NCBI GenBank assembly: GCA_038087875.1
Contig: CM075995.1
Location: 2,854,001 to 2,918,000 of the forward strand
Source of the DNA: Malacoraja senta
Lineage: Eukaryota
Length of the DNA: 64,000 bases
Reading direction: 5' to 3'
A model generated the notes under the pieces. The model did no database searches. It saw only the letters and a program-made list of their open reading frames with translations, and was not told where the DNA came from. Shown here piece after piece: positions 62,931 to 64,000 of the stretch (positions are counted from its first letter, which is position 1; every line of letters starts with the position of its first letter). A program made the translations under genes and the position numbers.

Positions 62931-63549
62931 GTCGCTACCATATTGCGCTCCTTTAAAAGCACACGGCGAATGTAGGCGTGCGATTTTCTTAGTGAACATC
63001 TTTTTGCTGCATGTTATCCAGTCAGCGAAAATACTATACGTGATTACAATCAAGCCGTCTACAGTGTACAGATACAGGGCGATGGATATAACGTCCAGTA
63101 AAGGCCCAATAAATTGCAAGATAAAAGTGCAATAAAGTTCAAGATAAAGTCCAGTTACATGTATAGGACAGGTTTAGAGAGATATGGACCAAGTGCAGAG
63201 AAGTGGGACTAGGGTAGCTGGGACATTGTTGGCCAGTGTGGGGGGGTTGGGCTGAAGAGCCTGCTTCCACACTGTATCACTCTATGACTCTCTATGACTC
63301 TATGACTAAGTCTGATTAATGATAGTTTGAAGGTCTCTCGTGAGGTAGATGGGAGGTCAGTTGGTGATAGGACAGTTTGGTTTAGTTGCTTGATAACAGC
63401 TGGAAAGAAACTGGAGGTGTGCATTTTCACACTTCTACGCCGCTTGCCTGATGGGAGAGGGGAGAAGAGGGCCTGAGTGTGGTCCTTGATTTCTGCTGGT
63501 GGCACTGCCGAAGGCAACGTGAAGTGTAGGTGGAGTCAATGGAAGAGAG

Positions 63550-64000
63550 GTGCAAGACCACACTTAGGGTATTGTGTTCGGTTGTGTTTGGTTTTGGTCA
63601 CCCTGTTATGGGAAAGAAGTTGTTAAGCTGGAAAGAATGTAGAAACGCTTCTACCACGTGTGCAGGATGTTGCCAGGACTTGAGGGCCTATGCAATAGGG
63701 AGAGGTTGAGCAGGTTTAGGTTTATTCCTTGGAGCGCAGAGGATGAGGGTTGTACAAGATCATGAGAGAAATAGATAGGGTAAATGCACAGAGTCTCTTG
63801 CCCAGAGTAGGGGATTGAGAATAGGAAACCAAGGGACAACAATTTTACACAAAAGGTGGTGGTTGTATGAAACAAGCTGCCAGAGGAGGTGGTTGAGGTA
63901 GATATTATGGCAACAATTAAGAAACTTTAGCCAGGTGCATGGACAGGATAGGTTTAGAGGGATTATGGGCCAATTGTAGGCAGATAGGACGAGTGTAGAT
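63550..64000 (+). mobile_element. Decayed CR1 3' fragment
   Basis: AGACCACACTTAG..TATTGTGT...GGAGAGGTTGAGCAGG CR1 RT-end and 3' sequence. Confidence 0.75.

Overview
Eukaryotic, extremely repeat-dense DNA, most likely from a cartilaginous fish (skate/ray-like; inferred from HE1-type V-SINEs and HER1/CR1 LINEs). No intact host gene is recognisable. The window is a stack of nested mobile elements: two near-full-length CR1 LINEs, L2, L1, Rex1/Babar fragments, Penelope pieces with hammerhead-ribozyme motifs, a terminally complete but decayed DIRS, a Passport-like Tc1, Harbinger and hAT MITEs, non-autonomous Helitrons, Gypsy remnants, and about 25 tRNA-derived V-SINEs (only a subset listed). The standout is 24115-26070 (minus strand). 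An apparently spliced 5' piece of the host SOGA1/MTCL2 mRNA (5' UTR plus a 231-codon ORF) is fused to a Gypsy integrase C-terminus, PPT and 3' LTR. The whole unit has TG...CA ends and a 5-bp target-site duplication, which fits LTR-retrotransposon capture of a host transcript. Family and gene names come from recalled motifs, not database searches.
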